A stretch of 63,677 nt of DNA, the filler included, from Craspedostauros australis (lineage: Eukaryota), in assembly GCA_030167865.1 (NCBI GenBank). It is 6 parts of 6 records of this genome, joined end to end, with 100 filler letters (N's around TTAATTAATTAA, not from the genome) between each part and the next. Parts side by side here need not be neighbours in the genome. Positions count along the whole stretch, not along the records: positions 1 to 19,028 come from JALAGF010002795.1; positions 19,129 to 21,146 come from JALAGF010002803.1; positions 21,247 to 27,838 come from JALAGF010002804.1; 3 more parts are not named here. One strand, 5' to 3'. Positions 13,131 through 25,692 of this stretch are shown here, piece after piece. The position numbers and the translations under genes are program-made. Below the pieces are notes generated by a model. It saw nothing but the letters and a program-made list of their open reading frames with translations. It was not told the origin of the DNA and ran no database searches. Each line of letters opens with the position of its first letter. Position 1 is the first letter of the stretch.

Positions 13131-13378
13131 GGATAGTGCTAACACCGATACCATTGCTGATACTGATACTGCGACGGCAGACGAATTGGCATCACTGGCG
13201 GCCACTCCGTTAGCTGGATACGTACCGCTGCTACTCACGCGCGTACTTTGACGAGCCACCCATATTACATTATTATACATTGCGCTACATTACTCCACAT
13301 TTCCACACTGCCATACCGCCACACTGCCAAACATAGTATTATACAATACAACATCGTCGTACTTCTCGCCACACAATC

Positions 13379-15488
13379 ATGGGTGATCTGACAAACGCCC
13401 AGTTCATCATCCTGACGACCGTCTGCACGATCAGCGCCACCCTTTCCCTCACAGGATCATCTCTCATCCTCTACCATGTCATCGGAGACCTCAAGGCGAA
13501 GGTCTATCACCGGACGCTGTTCCTTCTCTCCATCGGGGACGTCTGCCTCTCCACGCTCAACATCATCCACCCATTCCTGGTGCCCGCAGACGCCGCGCCC
13601 TTCCCGTCAGTGGTGGGCAACCAGACCAGCTGCTCTGCGGTGGGCTTCTTCGTCGCATGTCTCGCGGGCTGGGTGTCCGTCTACAGCGCTTTCATCTCCA
13701 TCAACTTCTGCTTTCAGATACACTTCGGATGGTCAGAGGAGAAGATCGCGCGGAAGGTGGAATGGTGGGCGCATGTTGCAGCCATACTCACGGCGACACT
13801 CCTGCAAATCGCAGCCCTGAGCACGCAATCCATCAACTACTGGGAATTGGGTGGCATTTGCTTCCTCGTGGAGTACCCCAACGGCTGCTCAACCCATGTC
13901 TCCACAAACTCAACATCAGAGCTGCGCGGCGACGAGGAACACCCTGACGACGTCGTCCCGTGCCAAAGAGGAGGCGAGACAGCTAGGAACATAGGGCGCG
14001 CCGCAGTCGCCGTGCTGTTCAGCCTCTCATGTGCCGGCTTCCTTGCAACCTTCCTGGTGTACAGGAAGGTCCGCAAGACGTTGCAGCAGAGCGCCAAGCA
14101 CAGCTTCTCATCTTCGAATCGTCCAAGAGGCGTCAGCAGCACCAACATGACAACATCTTCCGGGACCAATCTATCGGGTCGAATTATGGACAATCACACA
14201 GGTGCCAACGATGAAAGCAACAGCGAAGAAGGCTGCGAAGTCGATGAGGACAATGACGACAACAATGACGACAGTCATCATAACAGTCACCACGTCAAGC
14301 GGTATGGGCAGCATTATGGGCAGCATCTACAAGAATCCTTGGCGGAGGAGACCGACGGCCAAGAGCACGACACGAAGATCGATGGTGTGCCATTGTCGTC
14401 CAGATCTCTAGCAGCAGACTGGAGGAAAGGCCGCCAGCGCCAATCTTCCATCGCGACAGCAACCAAGGCGCGCTCAGACATGGATGAACGCCATCGGCGG
14501 AGAATACGGGAGGTTTCACGGCAATGCATCATGTATGCTCTGTAAGTTCAGATCTCTTGTGTTGCATCGTCCCCTCTGTTGAAACGCAGCCACAAAGCAT
14601 GCAGAGTCGTGTCGACCAGTCCACCTCAATCACTAACTGTCTCTTTCATTTGTTTCGCCTGCTTCAATTGACGCTGTCGCAATACTATCCACGTGTATTC
14701 ACATTCACATTCATTTACTCTATGTTACTCCACATCCATGACCGTGTGAACATTTACCAATGAACATCATCGCCATCATCAACCTCATCATGGCCACATT
14801 CATGATCATCGCCACAATGACCAACAACAGGGTGTATGCAAACTCATTCACGTGGCCATTACTATTGCAGCTCCTGTACGAGTTCGTCGACGTGGAGGGG
14901 AGGCATGGGGAGCCACAGATATACATCTTCGAGGTCGCCGCGTACATGTTATTCCCATTGCAGGGATGGTTCAACTTTCTCGTGTTCATCTCACCTCGCT
15001 ACCGCCTCTGGCGGATGGCTTTGCCGGAAGAATCCATGTGGTATGTATTCCGGCGCGCGGTCGGCAAGGAAACACCACCAACGAGACCCAGCCAGCGCCG
15101 ACGGTCGCAGGAGCAGTTGCGACATCTGTACAGGAACGAAGAGCATCATCCTTCGCACCGAGATGCTTCAAGAGTTGGGATGACAGACCTATCGAATGCA
15201 AGCACAAGCGCAAACAAGGTCATGGGCATGAGATGGCATGACTACAACCGCCATCGCCGAAGCAGTCAAAGCAACAGCCACGGACATGGCGGGAACGCAC
15301 AGAACAGGCTCAGGCAGCAACAACCACACCGGGTTGCGACATTGACCGCGAACGACCCCAGTATGACCCCAATATCCATGACCACAGTGTCATCCATCTC
15401 GCACAACCGCGAGGAGATCATCCACGTTCGCCGCTTACAGGCACCTGCATCGCCAGACGAGAGCAGCAATCTCCACTCCATCACATGA
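13379..15488 (+). CDS. GPCR-like 7TM protein (cAMP-receptor-like/Git3-like diatom family)
   Basis: Exon 1 is 13379-14541, phase-2 intron 14542-14830 (GTAAGT...CAACAG), exon 2 is 14831-15488, giving ...CIMYAL|VYANSFTWP. Motifs SATLSLTGSSLILY, YHRTLFLLSIGD, GNQTSCSAVGF, PLQGWFNFLVFISPRY. Seven hydrophobic segments and a long third intracellular loop. Confidence 0.88.
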
Positions 15489-16199
15489 TCCGAAAAGAAA
15501 CGAAAGAGAGAATGCGCTGCTCGATGAGAATGATGCGGAAGAAGCTGGCAGCATGGAACCGCATGTCCGAAGCACGCGAGAAAGTATGGAAAGCCATGCT
15601 GTTGGTGCCGTGCCATACGAGTAGCTCGTACGCTAACCATTCACGGGGGTGCCATGCCAAGGGTTGATGCACCGCACAACATAATATAATAACATAATAG
15701 AGCAGTTGATATAGTAGAATAGCTCGTATGATACCTGTTGCGCTTGCCACAGCTTGTGCAACTTGTGATGCGCGTGATGCGCCTGCTGTCGCCGCGTGAG
15801 ATCTGTCTCTCCTCCGCCTTGTACCGAAGATGGCGGCGCGATCTTCGCTAACTCCGGTCCGCGACCGACCAACACCAATGGCTCCGGCTTCGTCTCGTAG
15901 CGCGAAAACGATTGCGTGCTGCGGTATTACGAGCCGCACGAAATGTAAAATGGGACACGATAGCACTAGTTGTGGAGTTTTGTTCGTGACGAGTCGTGAT
16001 AAAGTAGACTAAAATAGAGCACACCCAAAACCATCCAAACAACTGCTTATGATGTTATATCTTGACACCACACCATTTAAAATTAAAAATAGACAGTGCA
16101 TTCGGACGCTTGGCTATCGCTTATTCTGAATATCGAAGTTGAATTTGTATGAACTTTATTTTTAATGTTGTTTTGGCTTGCTGTCAGTCAGGTGGTGGG

Positions 16200-17010
16200 T
16201 GCGAAAAATTCGGGGTGCCACCATGCTGCCCTACCTTCAGCACCCATGATCATCATTATCATCCCTGGCATTTTCACAATCTGCGCATCACATTGGCTTT
16301 GCATACCCCCCATCTATCCACTCCATGAAGGACAGACAAATCTGGGCGCATTGGATATCCCAAAGGCTCCCTGCACTGAAACGCAGAATTTTTGAACACC
16401 CGATTCCGACACGGATGCTGTTCGTATTTGGATCCGTATCTCGTCGATACGATCGTTGCAGCTCCTCCGCATGCCCCTCATGCGTTCCCACATTCTCTGA
16501 CGACACACTGATGTGTTCAGAATGGGTGGGGCGTTCATACCTCCAAAGGTACACCTCCATGTGATGATGTCATCATGCTGTTTTTCCGACACCCACAAAA
16601 AACCATTTTGTGTGCATCCTACCTTGCAGCCTCTTCCAGACCTTTGTTTTTTTCTGGCGCTTCATGAATCGATCCCTGAGTCAATTTTGACCACATCTTG
16701 AATGGGTGGCTTGGCGATATGGGTGACTTGTCAATGGCATCCTTCACCGGCGAAGTCATGTGATGTGTCCGCTGCCATCCACCAAAAAACTCTTGCCCGC
16801 CACTTGTTTCTTGCGGAGGGCACCTTCCAGGCCACCCCCAACCCTCAAACTTCGTGTGCATCTTCATTGTATCCTCTTGGACGCGTCTTGCCCATCAATA
16901 GTCGTTGGGATGGCCTGTGCATTCCAGGCAGAGACCATATCCAATGAGCAGATTTTCCTCCGAGTCGTGTCATGTGCGCGTGGGCCTGCCACGGCCCCAA
17001 ATAAGCCAAG
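16200..17010 (-). pseudogene. Highly degraded PIF/Harbinger (DDE_Tnp_4-like) transposase relic
   Basis: Frameshifted minus-strand fragments FAG-x-GC(I)D...HIAKP (~16750-16705), FLWVS (~16600) and CVSVQGAFGI (~16383-16355). Order and spacing match GxIDGxxIxxP...RFxxV...RxxVExAFG. Boundaries approximate. Confidence 0.45.
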
Positions 17011-17648
17011 ATGACATCCCGCTCTCGCTCATCCACCAAGCTTTCCATGGCGGTTCCGCCTATGCCCTCAGATCTTGCACTGGACCGCTGGTTGTCGCAG
17101 TGCCGATGATGCCGTTCGACGGCGCTTGAGGAGTTTTGTTGTGTTTCTCCATTGTCGTGTTGTTGTGTTGTGTTTGGTGTTCTCAAACAGTTTTTGCTGT
17201 TGGGGGACGTGGAGATTAGCCACAATTCTGCCGAATGTGCCCAACAATGGGAACACTTTTCGAGTCCCGAATTGCGCCTCCATTCCACAACAACAAAACT
17301 GACCTCACAAAGTGAACAACGGAAACACAGCGCATCTGGGACGAGCTGTTGTTGATTCTCTGCTGCTTGTAGATAGCTTGTACAACAATGTGGAATGACT
17401 GTGACCCTCCACATGGGAGAGAGTGGAAGATACAAGGCACCATGTGTCTGTCATCCTGTGTTCTCCATGTCCTCCTGTGATGCGCCGCGCCATGCTGTGC
17501 TTCGATGGCTGATGATGCGGTGCACTGTGTTGTGTTATTCTCCTTGTGTGCCTGGTGTGCGATGCGATGCGCCTTTCAACTCAACTGCAGCCTCCATCAA
17601 CACAGCACACATCATCCTGCAATCATTGTGATCTTCAGCTCGCAAGCA

Positions 17649-18649
17649 TGATGCTCGCTGGTGACTGTGTGAATGTGACATCCCACACGGACTCACGTGG
17701 CAGGGTTCATGACCTCGGTGTGTGCCATGTCCAGTCGCTGATGAAGCTGACTGCTGAAGGCGCTACGATCAAACGCGATGGGCCTCTTGCACCAGGAGAG
17801 GTGGCAATGGTCATGGTGACCCCAGTGATGGGGCAGAGCCGAATGTACGTTGTTCGTGAGGATCTGTGCGCGCCACACAGCCTCGCTACCTACGCACGGA
17901 CTCGCACTGCTGGTGGCCTTGCTCAACCTTCCCTCCTTTCTCCCCAGCATCACTCCGTCGCTGTTACGCGTGTCAACAACAAGGCTAAGCCCCCCACACC
18001 ATCCCCAACTACCACGGAATCGCAAGAAGCCAAAATCGCTGCTTTTCTCGAGGTCTCACGGCAGCAGAAGGCAACAGCAATCGCCCGTCTCACGAAGCAG
18101 ATGAAGAAAGGCGCAGCAACGAAAGGATGGTTGCGAAAGGATGGAGGGCGTAGCAACACTAAGCCCACCAATAGAAAGAAACAACTTGGCAGAGATGAAC
18201 AGCGAAACTACATTGTTCTCTACTTCAATTTGGGTGGGATTCCAGCCAACATGAAATTGATCGCCCACGCATGGGATATTGGCGCTAGCACTGTTGATCG
18301 CAACATCAAGAAATTCCAACAGAACAAGCTGGAACGGAAGAAGCACAGCGATGCAGGCAGCACCATCTTCACCTTCCCCAAGAAGCAACAGCAATACTTC
18401 ACGCCACGTGCTGCCTTTGCTAAGCAGTTGAGGCTGAAACATCCACAACAACGGTTGACGTCTGACAACATCTCATCTGCATTTGCTTCTGCTTTGCCTG
18501 AGGAGCTTGCATCTGCAAAAGCCCTGTCCGACTTGTGGCTGGAGCGCGGTCCGTTCCTCCAATACGACCTCCAGTGTTATCTCGTTACTGTACACAGCGA
18601 AATCACACGAGTCCTTCAAGAGAGATCAAGTCTTTCAGGACGAGGGTGA
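17649..18649 (+). mobile_element. Truncated DNA-transposase-like ORF with HTH (Tc1/mariner/IS630-like N-terminus)
   Basis: HTH-like MKLIAHAWDIGASTVDRNIKKF followed by RKKHSDAG. No DDE catalytic domain; coding character breaks at about 18575. Confidence 0.45.
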
Positions 18650-19028
18650 CAAGCTGGTGAGTGAAGACACTGTTTGGGTTGAGTGACTTCTGTTCTTATG
18701 TTATCTTCATTGAGTTGTATCTCATGTTGTTGTCTTCAAGGTCAGCTCTCGGTCATTGCACCTCTGCGATCTTGTTCTGATGTGGAGATGACCCATGATG
18801 TGGCGATGATGTCTNNNNNNNNNNNNNNNNNNNNNNNNNNTGATGTGGAGATGACCCATGATGTGGCGATGATGTCTTCTGTGTCGACGTCACTCATCAC
18901 CGTTCCATGGCTCTGTCGATTCCACATTCCATTGATGATGCTTAAGGTCGTCGGGTGTGTTGTCATTTCAGGTTTAGTTGGGAAGTATATCAGGTCGAAT
19001 TGGACATCACATGTTTGCCGGGTGGTGG
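18575..19028 (-). mobile_element. Possible LTR fragment interrupting the transposase-like ORF
   Basis: Begins TGTTATCTC on the + strand (...GAGATAACA on the - strand, an LTR-type terminus) where the upstream ORF loses coherence. Non-coding, runs to the contig end; no partner LTR visible. Confidence 0.3.
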
Positions 19029-19128
19029 NNNNNNNNNNNNNNNNNNNNNNNNNNNNNNNNNNNNNNNNNNNNTTAATTAATTAANNNNNNNNNNNNNNNN
19101 NNNNNNNNNNNNNNNNNNNNNNNNNNNN
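19029..19128. other. Artificial contig linker
   Basis: 44 N + TTAATTAATTAA (19073-19084, stops in all six frames) + 44 N. Confidence 0.97.
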
Positions 19129-21146
19129 TGAGTCACTCTCTCTCTGGATGCCTTGTCCCGGCGTCCCTGGTGTACCGTATCGTTGCAGCTTCATCACGTC
19201 GTCCTTGAAAGTACTGACGATGTTGTTGATGATGTGCGGTTGGTTCACCCAGCAATTGGTCTCGTCGTGGTTGAAGTTGATCTTACAACTGAGGTAGTCT
19301 TCGAGATCTTCTTCCACCTTGATACCGAATCGCTTTGCCTTGATGTCCCCCACNAGGTCCTTCAGCTCCTGTTCATCCCCGATGCACAGGCAGTCGTNGA
19401 CGTAGGTTCCGATCAGTAACAGTCTCCCTTCCTGATTCCGAATCAGGAGGCATGGATCCACCTTGCTCTGTCTGAATCCCATTTCGATCAGCATGTCGAC
19501 CAGCTTCTTGTTCCATTGCCTGGCGCTCTGCACGAGCCCATAGATTGTCTTCTTGAGCAACAAGCATTCATTTGCCTCATGCCTCATGCCTTTCGGGCAT
19601 TGCATGTAGATCTCTTCTTCGAGATCCCCATGCAAGAACGCTGTCTCGAAGTCGATGATGATGCAGTCCATTCGAAGAAGCATCTTCATGGTTAGCATCA
19701 CTCGNNNNNNNNNNNNNNNNNNNNNNNNNNNNNNNNNNNNNNNNNNNNNNNNNNNNNNNNNNNNNNNNNNNNNNNNNNNNNNNNNNNNNNNNNNNNNNNN
19801 NNNNNNNNNNNNNNNNNNNNNNNNNNNNNNNNNNNNNNNNNNNNNNNNNNNNNNNNNNNNNNNNNNNNNNNNNNNNNNNNNNNNNNNNNNNNNNNNNNNN
19901 NNNNNNNNNAACTCCTTGTTGATAGCCCCGCGCCACTTCTCTCTCTTCTCGGGATCAGCATGATCCCAGCACTCCTCGAACGTCGTTGGATCCAACATCA
20001 CAGCCGTATTGGCTTGTTCGGACCATTCACCATTCCGTTCGTTCTCAACATCTTGACTCGCAGCGATGAAGTCGATGAGTCTCATCCTCCCTTGGGTAGT
20101 ATCAATCATCATGCTGGCGACGTCTCTGTTGAACATCGACCCATCTGTGTGGAAGTTGGGTCCTCCAGTAGCCGCGGGGACTATCATNGTCTCCTGNGCA
20201 GTNTCATAGCCATCCTCATCTCCTGATGCTGATGCTTCGNCTGCCTCCGATTCCGAATCTGATTCTGATTCTCGTTCCCTCTCCTCTTGGGGAATCGGTG
20301 AGTTGTTGTAGCCTGCCAGGCCACTCACCATCCTCGGTACGCGCGCCAATGGTCTCACGGGAGTGCGAGCAGTCGATTGCTCAATAGCTGAATCGATCCG
20401 CCCCGCACGGTCATTGTCCCTTCCGGATTCATCGCCCTCATCATTGTACGATGGTTCTTCCCCTTGGGTAGGTAGCAAGTCATCTTGCTCGTGAGCGGTG
20501 TCATCTGTGTTTCCTTTCGTGTGTCCGGCTCTTCCGCTCCTCTCTGCTACGCCGATCTTCGCGTTCCTCGCGATATTCGAGCTTCGCCCCCAAGTCACTC
20601 TCTTTCTCTGGATTGCATCTCCAGTCTCANNNNNNNNNNNNNNNNNNNNNNNNNNNNNNNNNCTGTTGGCATTCTCAACACCCTTGAATTGCCCATACGA
20701 CTGGTTCATCCATGTCACGTCTCGCGTGATTAGGATCCTTGCCGTTGCGAGATTCATCATTCGGTATACACCGCTCGCATGTGACTGTCCGTATTCGACG
20801 AACATGGCCGGTTTGGACCGATCGTCCAGCTTCGCCTTGATCACTCGGCCTCCAATGAACACCATGCCAATCTCGCCGAACAAACGCAGTCTGTCCACGT
20901 ATGTGGGTGTCTGCCCATTGAATAGTACGCAAGCCGGTTCTCTCGACTTCGTTCCAATGATGTTCTCGAGTTGCGTTGCTGTTCTTGCTGCTTCGGCCCA
21001 TAGCTTTCCTCGTAGATGCTTTGGTACGTGGGTCTGATTGAGCATCGCCCTGACCTTTCCGCATAGCACAGCGAACTTCCGTTCCACGCGACCATTCTGC
21101 TGTGGAGTTGAAGCTGCCGTGTATTCGAACGTCGGGCCGAATCCCT
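19129..21146 (-). mobile_element. Ty1/Copia LTR-retrotransposon pol fragment (integrase C-terminus + reverse transcriptase)
   Basis: Open frame across the whole contig: TPQQNGRVERKF, LWAEAARTA, KAKLDDRSKPAMFVEY (integrase/GKGY region), then IDFETAFLHGDLEEEIYM, LKKTIYGLVQSARQW, GFRQSKVDPCL, YVxD (RT). INT-before-RT order indicates Copia. Confidence 0.95.
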
Positions 21147-21246
21147 NNNNNNNNNNNNNNNNNNNNNNNNNNNNNNNNNNNNNNNNNNNNTTAATTAATT
21201 AANNNNNNNNNNNNNNNNNNNNNNNNNNNNNNNNNNNNNNNNNNNN
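21147..21246. other. Artificial contig linker
   Basis: 44 N + TTAATTAATTAA (21191-21202) + 44 N. Confidence 0.97.
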
Positions 21247-21748
21247 CACCAAGAGAAGCCGCAAACTGCTCGACGAGTCTCGACTTTCCCGTTCCGCTGA
21301 GTCCCCACAGGAAGACGGCAGGCAACCTCGGAATGCCATTTGGATTCTGGGTTTGGATGATCGAAACTTGCTCGGAAGGCAAGGAAACATCACCATCGCT
21401 CGGATCGGCCTTGCGCCCATCACTGTCAGATGATTCCTGACGATTCCCGTGCTGCCCCTGACTCTGGCGCGCTTGCTTTTGCCTTCGCCGTTCCTTGTCG
21501 CGCCTTGGCGATCGTCGCACGATGCCATCGAATGCGTCCTTCAGCTGCTGAAGTTCATGGGAACGACCGAAGAACTCTACGTTGCGAAAGTCGAGCTCAG
21601 CATGGATATCTGGGTTTAGCTCTCTCTCGTTGTATCTATCATCGTAGAAGTCACTCCCTGATGTGAAGGTGACGGACATTCGTTCCGTTGATGAGGGCTC
21701 CGAGATGCAGCTTGCGGCAGAGTTCGCCATGGCCTTGTTAGCGTCCAT
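21247..21748 (-). CDS. N-terminal fragment of AAA_16/STAND-like P-loop NTPase (truncated by contig end)
   Basis: ATG at 21748. LDFRNVEFFGRSHELQQLKDAF (GR..E motif preceding STAND P-loops) and Walker A VFLWGLSGTGKSRLV. Confidence 0.8.
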
Positions 21749-23039
21749 TTGCGTGGTTGGTGATGTGGGTTTGGTTGCGTTTCGGAGGTGGAGTAGTATG
21801 TGGTCGCGGGTGCTGTGGAGTGGAGTGGAGTCGAAGAAAGCATCGGTCTCTCCGCGAGGCAAGGCTGGATGATGCGGCAAGAGCTCAATGTTTATGATCA
21901 CCTTTCCACGCTATTGAAAAATGGTGATGTTGGTGGTGATGTTATTGTCCGGTGTTGCGTGAGTGATGCGTGATGTTGGCAAACATTGTTTTCTTGTAGA
22001 TTTGGAGGGACGATTGATCTTCGTGTGAGCGACATGGATGACACCGATTTTGAGAACCAAGAGTCATAATAGGCCACAGAGGTCAAGATCAATGTTCACG
22101 AAGGTTGCGTGCGAATTCACAACTAGTCCATTTCCTCCACAACAACCTTCGCGTTCGCAGCTGTTCGACGAACACTGTGTTTGTGCTGCCGCAACAATGG
22201 AAGGTCTTTTGACGCAGGCCGCACAAGAGTCACTTGGCGGAGCTATTTAGTCCTTTGTGTCATATGGATCCACGCTTTCATTGACATTGTTGCCTTGCCT
22301 TTGATGTGACTGGCTATGTATCTTGGGGATGCCAAGAAGAAGAACATTGCTTGCCTGGGCGTTTTTTTCACCTTTGTTTTATGAAGACTGTGAAATGTGA
22401 ATAGGGCGAGATACTTCTGTTCCTTGACACGAAATCGTCACTGACGCACATATGGCTGACTAAACAGGACACAAGCCCAAGCTCCGAATGCGGGAGCAAC
22501 AATCCCGAAGCGCTTTGCCAATCCCAGTTGACAAAGGCCCCACGCCATCTCCTTCCACCAACTGGCTTCGAAATGACTTTCTTTGTGCGCGAGCTGTGCA
22601 GAAGGGGCGGTTACGACAGAGAAGTGGAGGTGGTTGTAAGGGTCATAATTTCATACTCTGGGCCTCTCGACCAATCATATCGCTCTATTTAGGGCACGAG
22701 ATACCTTTCGGCTCCTCATTGAAATGGGGGTCAACGTCCATATAACGTCAATCGAAATAATTATGAACTCATTGTCCGCGAATATGAACGCTCCTCGGAG
22801 ACCGTTCATAATTTCATAATCTCTCTGATGAGTCGTGGTAGTCCAAAATTCGTTCTCAACGGCTGCATCGGAGCAAAACTTTGTGCTCACACCAGATTGA
22901 TCTGATGTGCTCTACTGCAAATTGATTATTCGTGCCCACCCATTGCATCGCAACTCTCTGTTGCAGGCCAACTCCTTCTTTACATGCACCTAGTGTAACT
23001 CTGTATTTATCATCTGATGAACTCCAGCAGATCATATCT

Positions 23040-23420
23040 TCCCCCACCATCATGACGTCCACCCTCCAGTATCATCGCCGGCACCAGGCTGCCTTGATTT
23101 CCGTCATCCTTGTCATTCTCAAGCATCTTGCTGCACAGCAGCGCCTCCTCATGTGTGCTGTGGCACACTGCATCCTTGACACCATGCCAACAAGTGTGCG
23201 AAGGGGTCGGTACCTCAGCTCAAGCATCTTCTATCATCAAGCATTATCTTTCAGGTCTTTGATTTGAGAGTATAGTGACTCCATGGAGTTCTACGACTTC
23301 ATCGGGTTTACCAGGCCATCGTTCAATTGATTGGCATAACTGCTATAGCCCAGCATCGAAGCGTTGCCCATCGATCCGTGAGACACGGTGCCACCACGAC
23401 ATCATATATTCGCTCTTGTA
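23040..23420 (+). pseudogene. Possible degraded Harbinger-like transposase N-terminal relic
   Basis: Reads EFYDFIGFTRPSFN*LA*LL*PSIEA, resembling the F...xxRxxFxxLxxxL N-terminal motif of PIF/Harbinger transposases. Multiple stops, and the surrounding 22-25.5 kb lacks host-like genes. Confidence 0.3.
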
Positions 23421-25692
23421 ATATCGGCTACATCGATGTCACTGCCATTGCAATGAAGTATCTGACTTCCAAGTCAGAATTGAAGAGCCATTTCTGGTAG
23501 GATCTGCCTTCGTTAGAAGGTCGGAAGAGATCTTGGAGGACGTAGGGAGCAATGGACATGGCAGAGGCTGAAGTTGAGGCAATGGAAGAGCACTCTCGCG
23601 AAACAGGGACTATGGATGACAATTGTAACCTGACATATGAAGCGATGGCTCTTGAGAAGAAAGCAAAAGAAGATGTGGAATGCATCAGCGATACCCAGAA
23701 GCAAAGAAGGTGCGAGTGGGAAGCTACAATGGCCATTTGCATCATCAAAGCATTGACAATGAGACGATTGATGAGGAAACGATTGCACCAAACACTGCGA
23801 TGGTTGGGATAGGTATGTTGAGCGTTCAATGAATGAAGGAGTGGACACCAGCAGCACAGCCAATGGAGAAAGGAAGACGGGGGAAGCAGGAAAGTGGCAA
23901 CGCAAAGTGAATAGTATGGAGATGAACTGCGGATGGCGAGGAGCAACACATATGTACATACATACACATCCATCTGGTATATGGCAGTTGAAAACTGCAC
24001 TTGGGCAAGACACATGTATTTGCGAATGTGTGAAGCAGCAAGAGATGTGCGAAACTGAAGCTGTAGATGTGTCAGCATACAGCCCCATTCAGCGAGGTCG
24101 AGTATCATCCTGCCGATATTGAATTGGACAACATGACAATTTAGCAAGCTATGTGGCATGTTGTCCATTAGGGTTAGATATATTTAGATAGCTCTTACAA
24201 CACAAGTACATGGCTTGTGCTCACTGTGGATGGAAATGATGCTGTCATTGTTGGTCGATATCAGACTGCGATGGTATCCAACAGTGTGAGTGGTGATGTT
24301 GTGACAGCTTCGGTGTTGCGTTGATTCCTCACGTTGTGGACGATTGGGCTCTGTTGTGTGCTTCCTCCCTTGTGTGTCAGGAATCGGGTGTTCTGAAACA
24401 CCGATTGCCGCACCTCCCAAGAGTAAGGGGTCGAATTTCATGATATGATAAGTTACCGCAACTCCCACCGTTGGATCTTTGTCACAGAAAAATGTGAGCT
24501 GCACGTGTTTTGTGATGGAGAACGACATGTGCCGAATGCGGGCCGTACTTTGGCGTTCATGACTCCAATGCAGGTATGCGAATTGCATGTGGATATCGCA
24601 GGGGGCAGAGGTGTTGGAATCGTGACCAACATCACGATACACATGACTACAGCCCCCATGTCGCAACCAATGAAAAAGAGTACTGGGGGAAGGCCAATGT
24701 CACAAAGTGTGAGATGGTCTGTGAACGGACCAGTGATGAAGAACCTCCAGGAAGCCAGTGAAGTGATTGGTGAAGTGATTGGAGAAACGACAGGAGAAGC
24801 ATTGGAGATGATTGGAGATGTGTGATGATGAGGAGCTGAGAGAGACCTCATCCAGGGTGCTCCTGTGTTGAATGGGAGACCGTGATCTGATTGAATGAAC
24901 CAACCTGTGTGATGCCTACGACTTGGCAATGTCTAAGGAATCGAAACTATCAGGGGAGGACAACGTGTTTATGTGCACGGATATGGGGTACTTGGTGGTG
25001 CATGCATGTACATGATGAATTTGCGATGAATGCAAGATGGATGCCTGCTAGACCAACAGAGGGACCCATGGAGATCTCAGGAGGAGATCGGACTTTGAAG
25101 TTGAGAGCAATGAAGAGCTCACAGTTCAGAGAAGTAGATTCTAACAAACGATTAGATTTCTACTATCATCACCACCTCGGATTTCCAACATATTATATCG
25201 TCTAGGTCATGAAGAGATATTGACTGAATGTAGCAAGATTCATGTGTCAAATGAAACAGTGGCGAGTCCCTACTCTGGAGAGTATTTGATTTTGTATTCA
25301 TGGCCTTGCGAGTATGGCGGTGGTTCATTTTCCATGCATCCGTTGCAACAGCGTGCTCCCACGGAATCCCATGCCTACCTCACCCTTCATGATCGGAGTG
25401 CCCAGCATCTCTCCAAATAGAGATGGTGTGATCTTCAGATGCTTCATCAACCTTTCCACCACAGTCCTCATCGCCATCCCCGCCGTTCAGAAACGGCGAT
25501 TGCCACATCGGCATGTCGCAAGATTCAGTCGAACCCTGCACAATTCTCGCCTGCCTAAATCGCCAACTTTGGTCAGCAGCATCCCACAGAGCAGCTCCCA
25601 AATGATCATATATAGCCAACAAAGCTGCCGCTGCAGCAAAACACCGTACTCAATTTGCGCAGCATTTGCCTCCCAGGTTCAGCTTTGTGGTG

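Noticed and set aside
18778..18877. Direct repeat TGATGTGGAGATGACCCATGATGTGGCGATGATGTCT on both sides of a 26-N gap (CRISPR-like repeat-spacer look)
   Set aside because: Duplication flanking a scaffold gap is a typical overlap artefact; only two copies and no cas genes.
18575..21146. Joining the LTR-like end with the following Copia pol contig into one element
   Set aside because: They are separated by an artificial linker, so adjacency cannot be trusted.
22692..22937. GGGCACGA...TCGTGCCC inverted pair as a MITE
   Set aside because: 8-bp match only and the flanks do not form a duplication.
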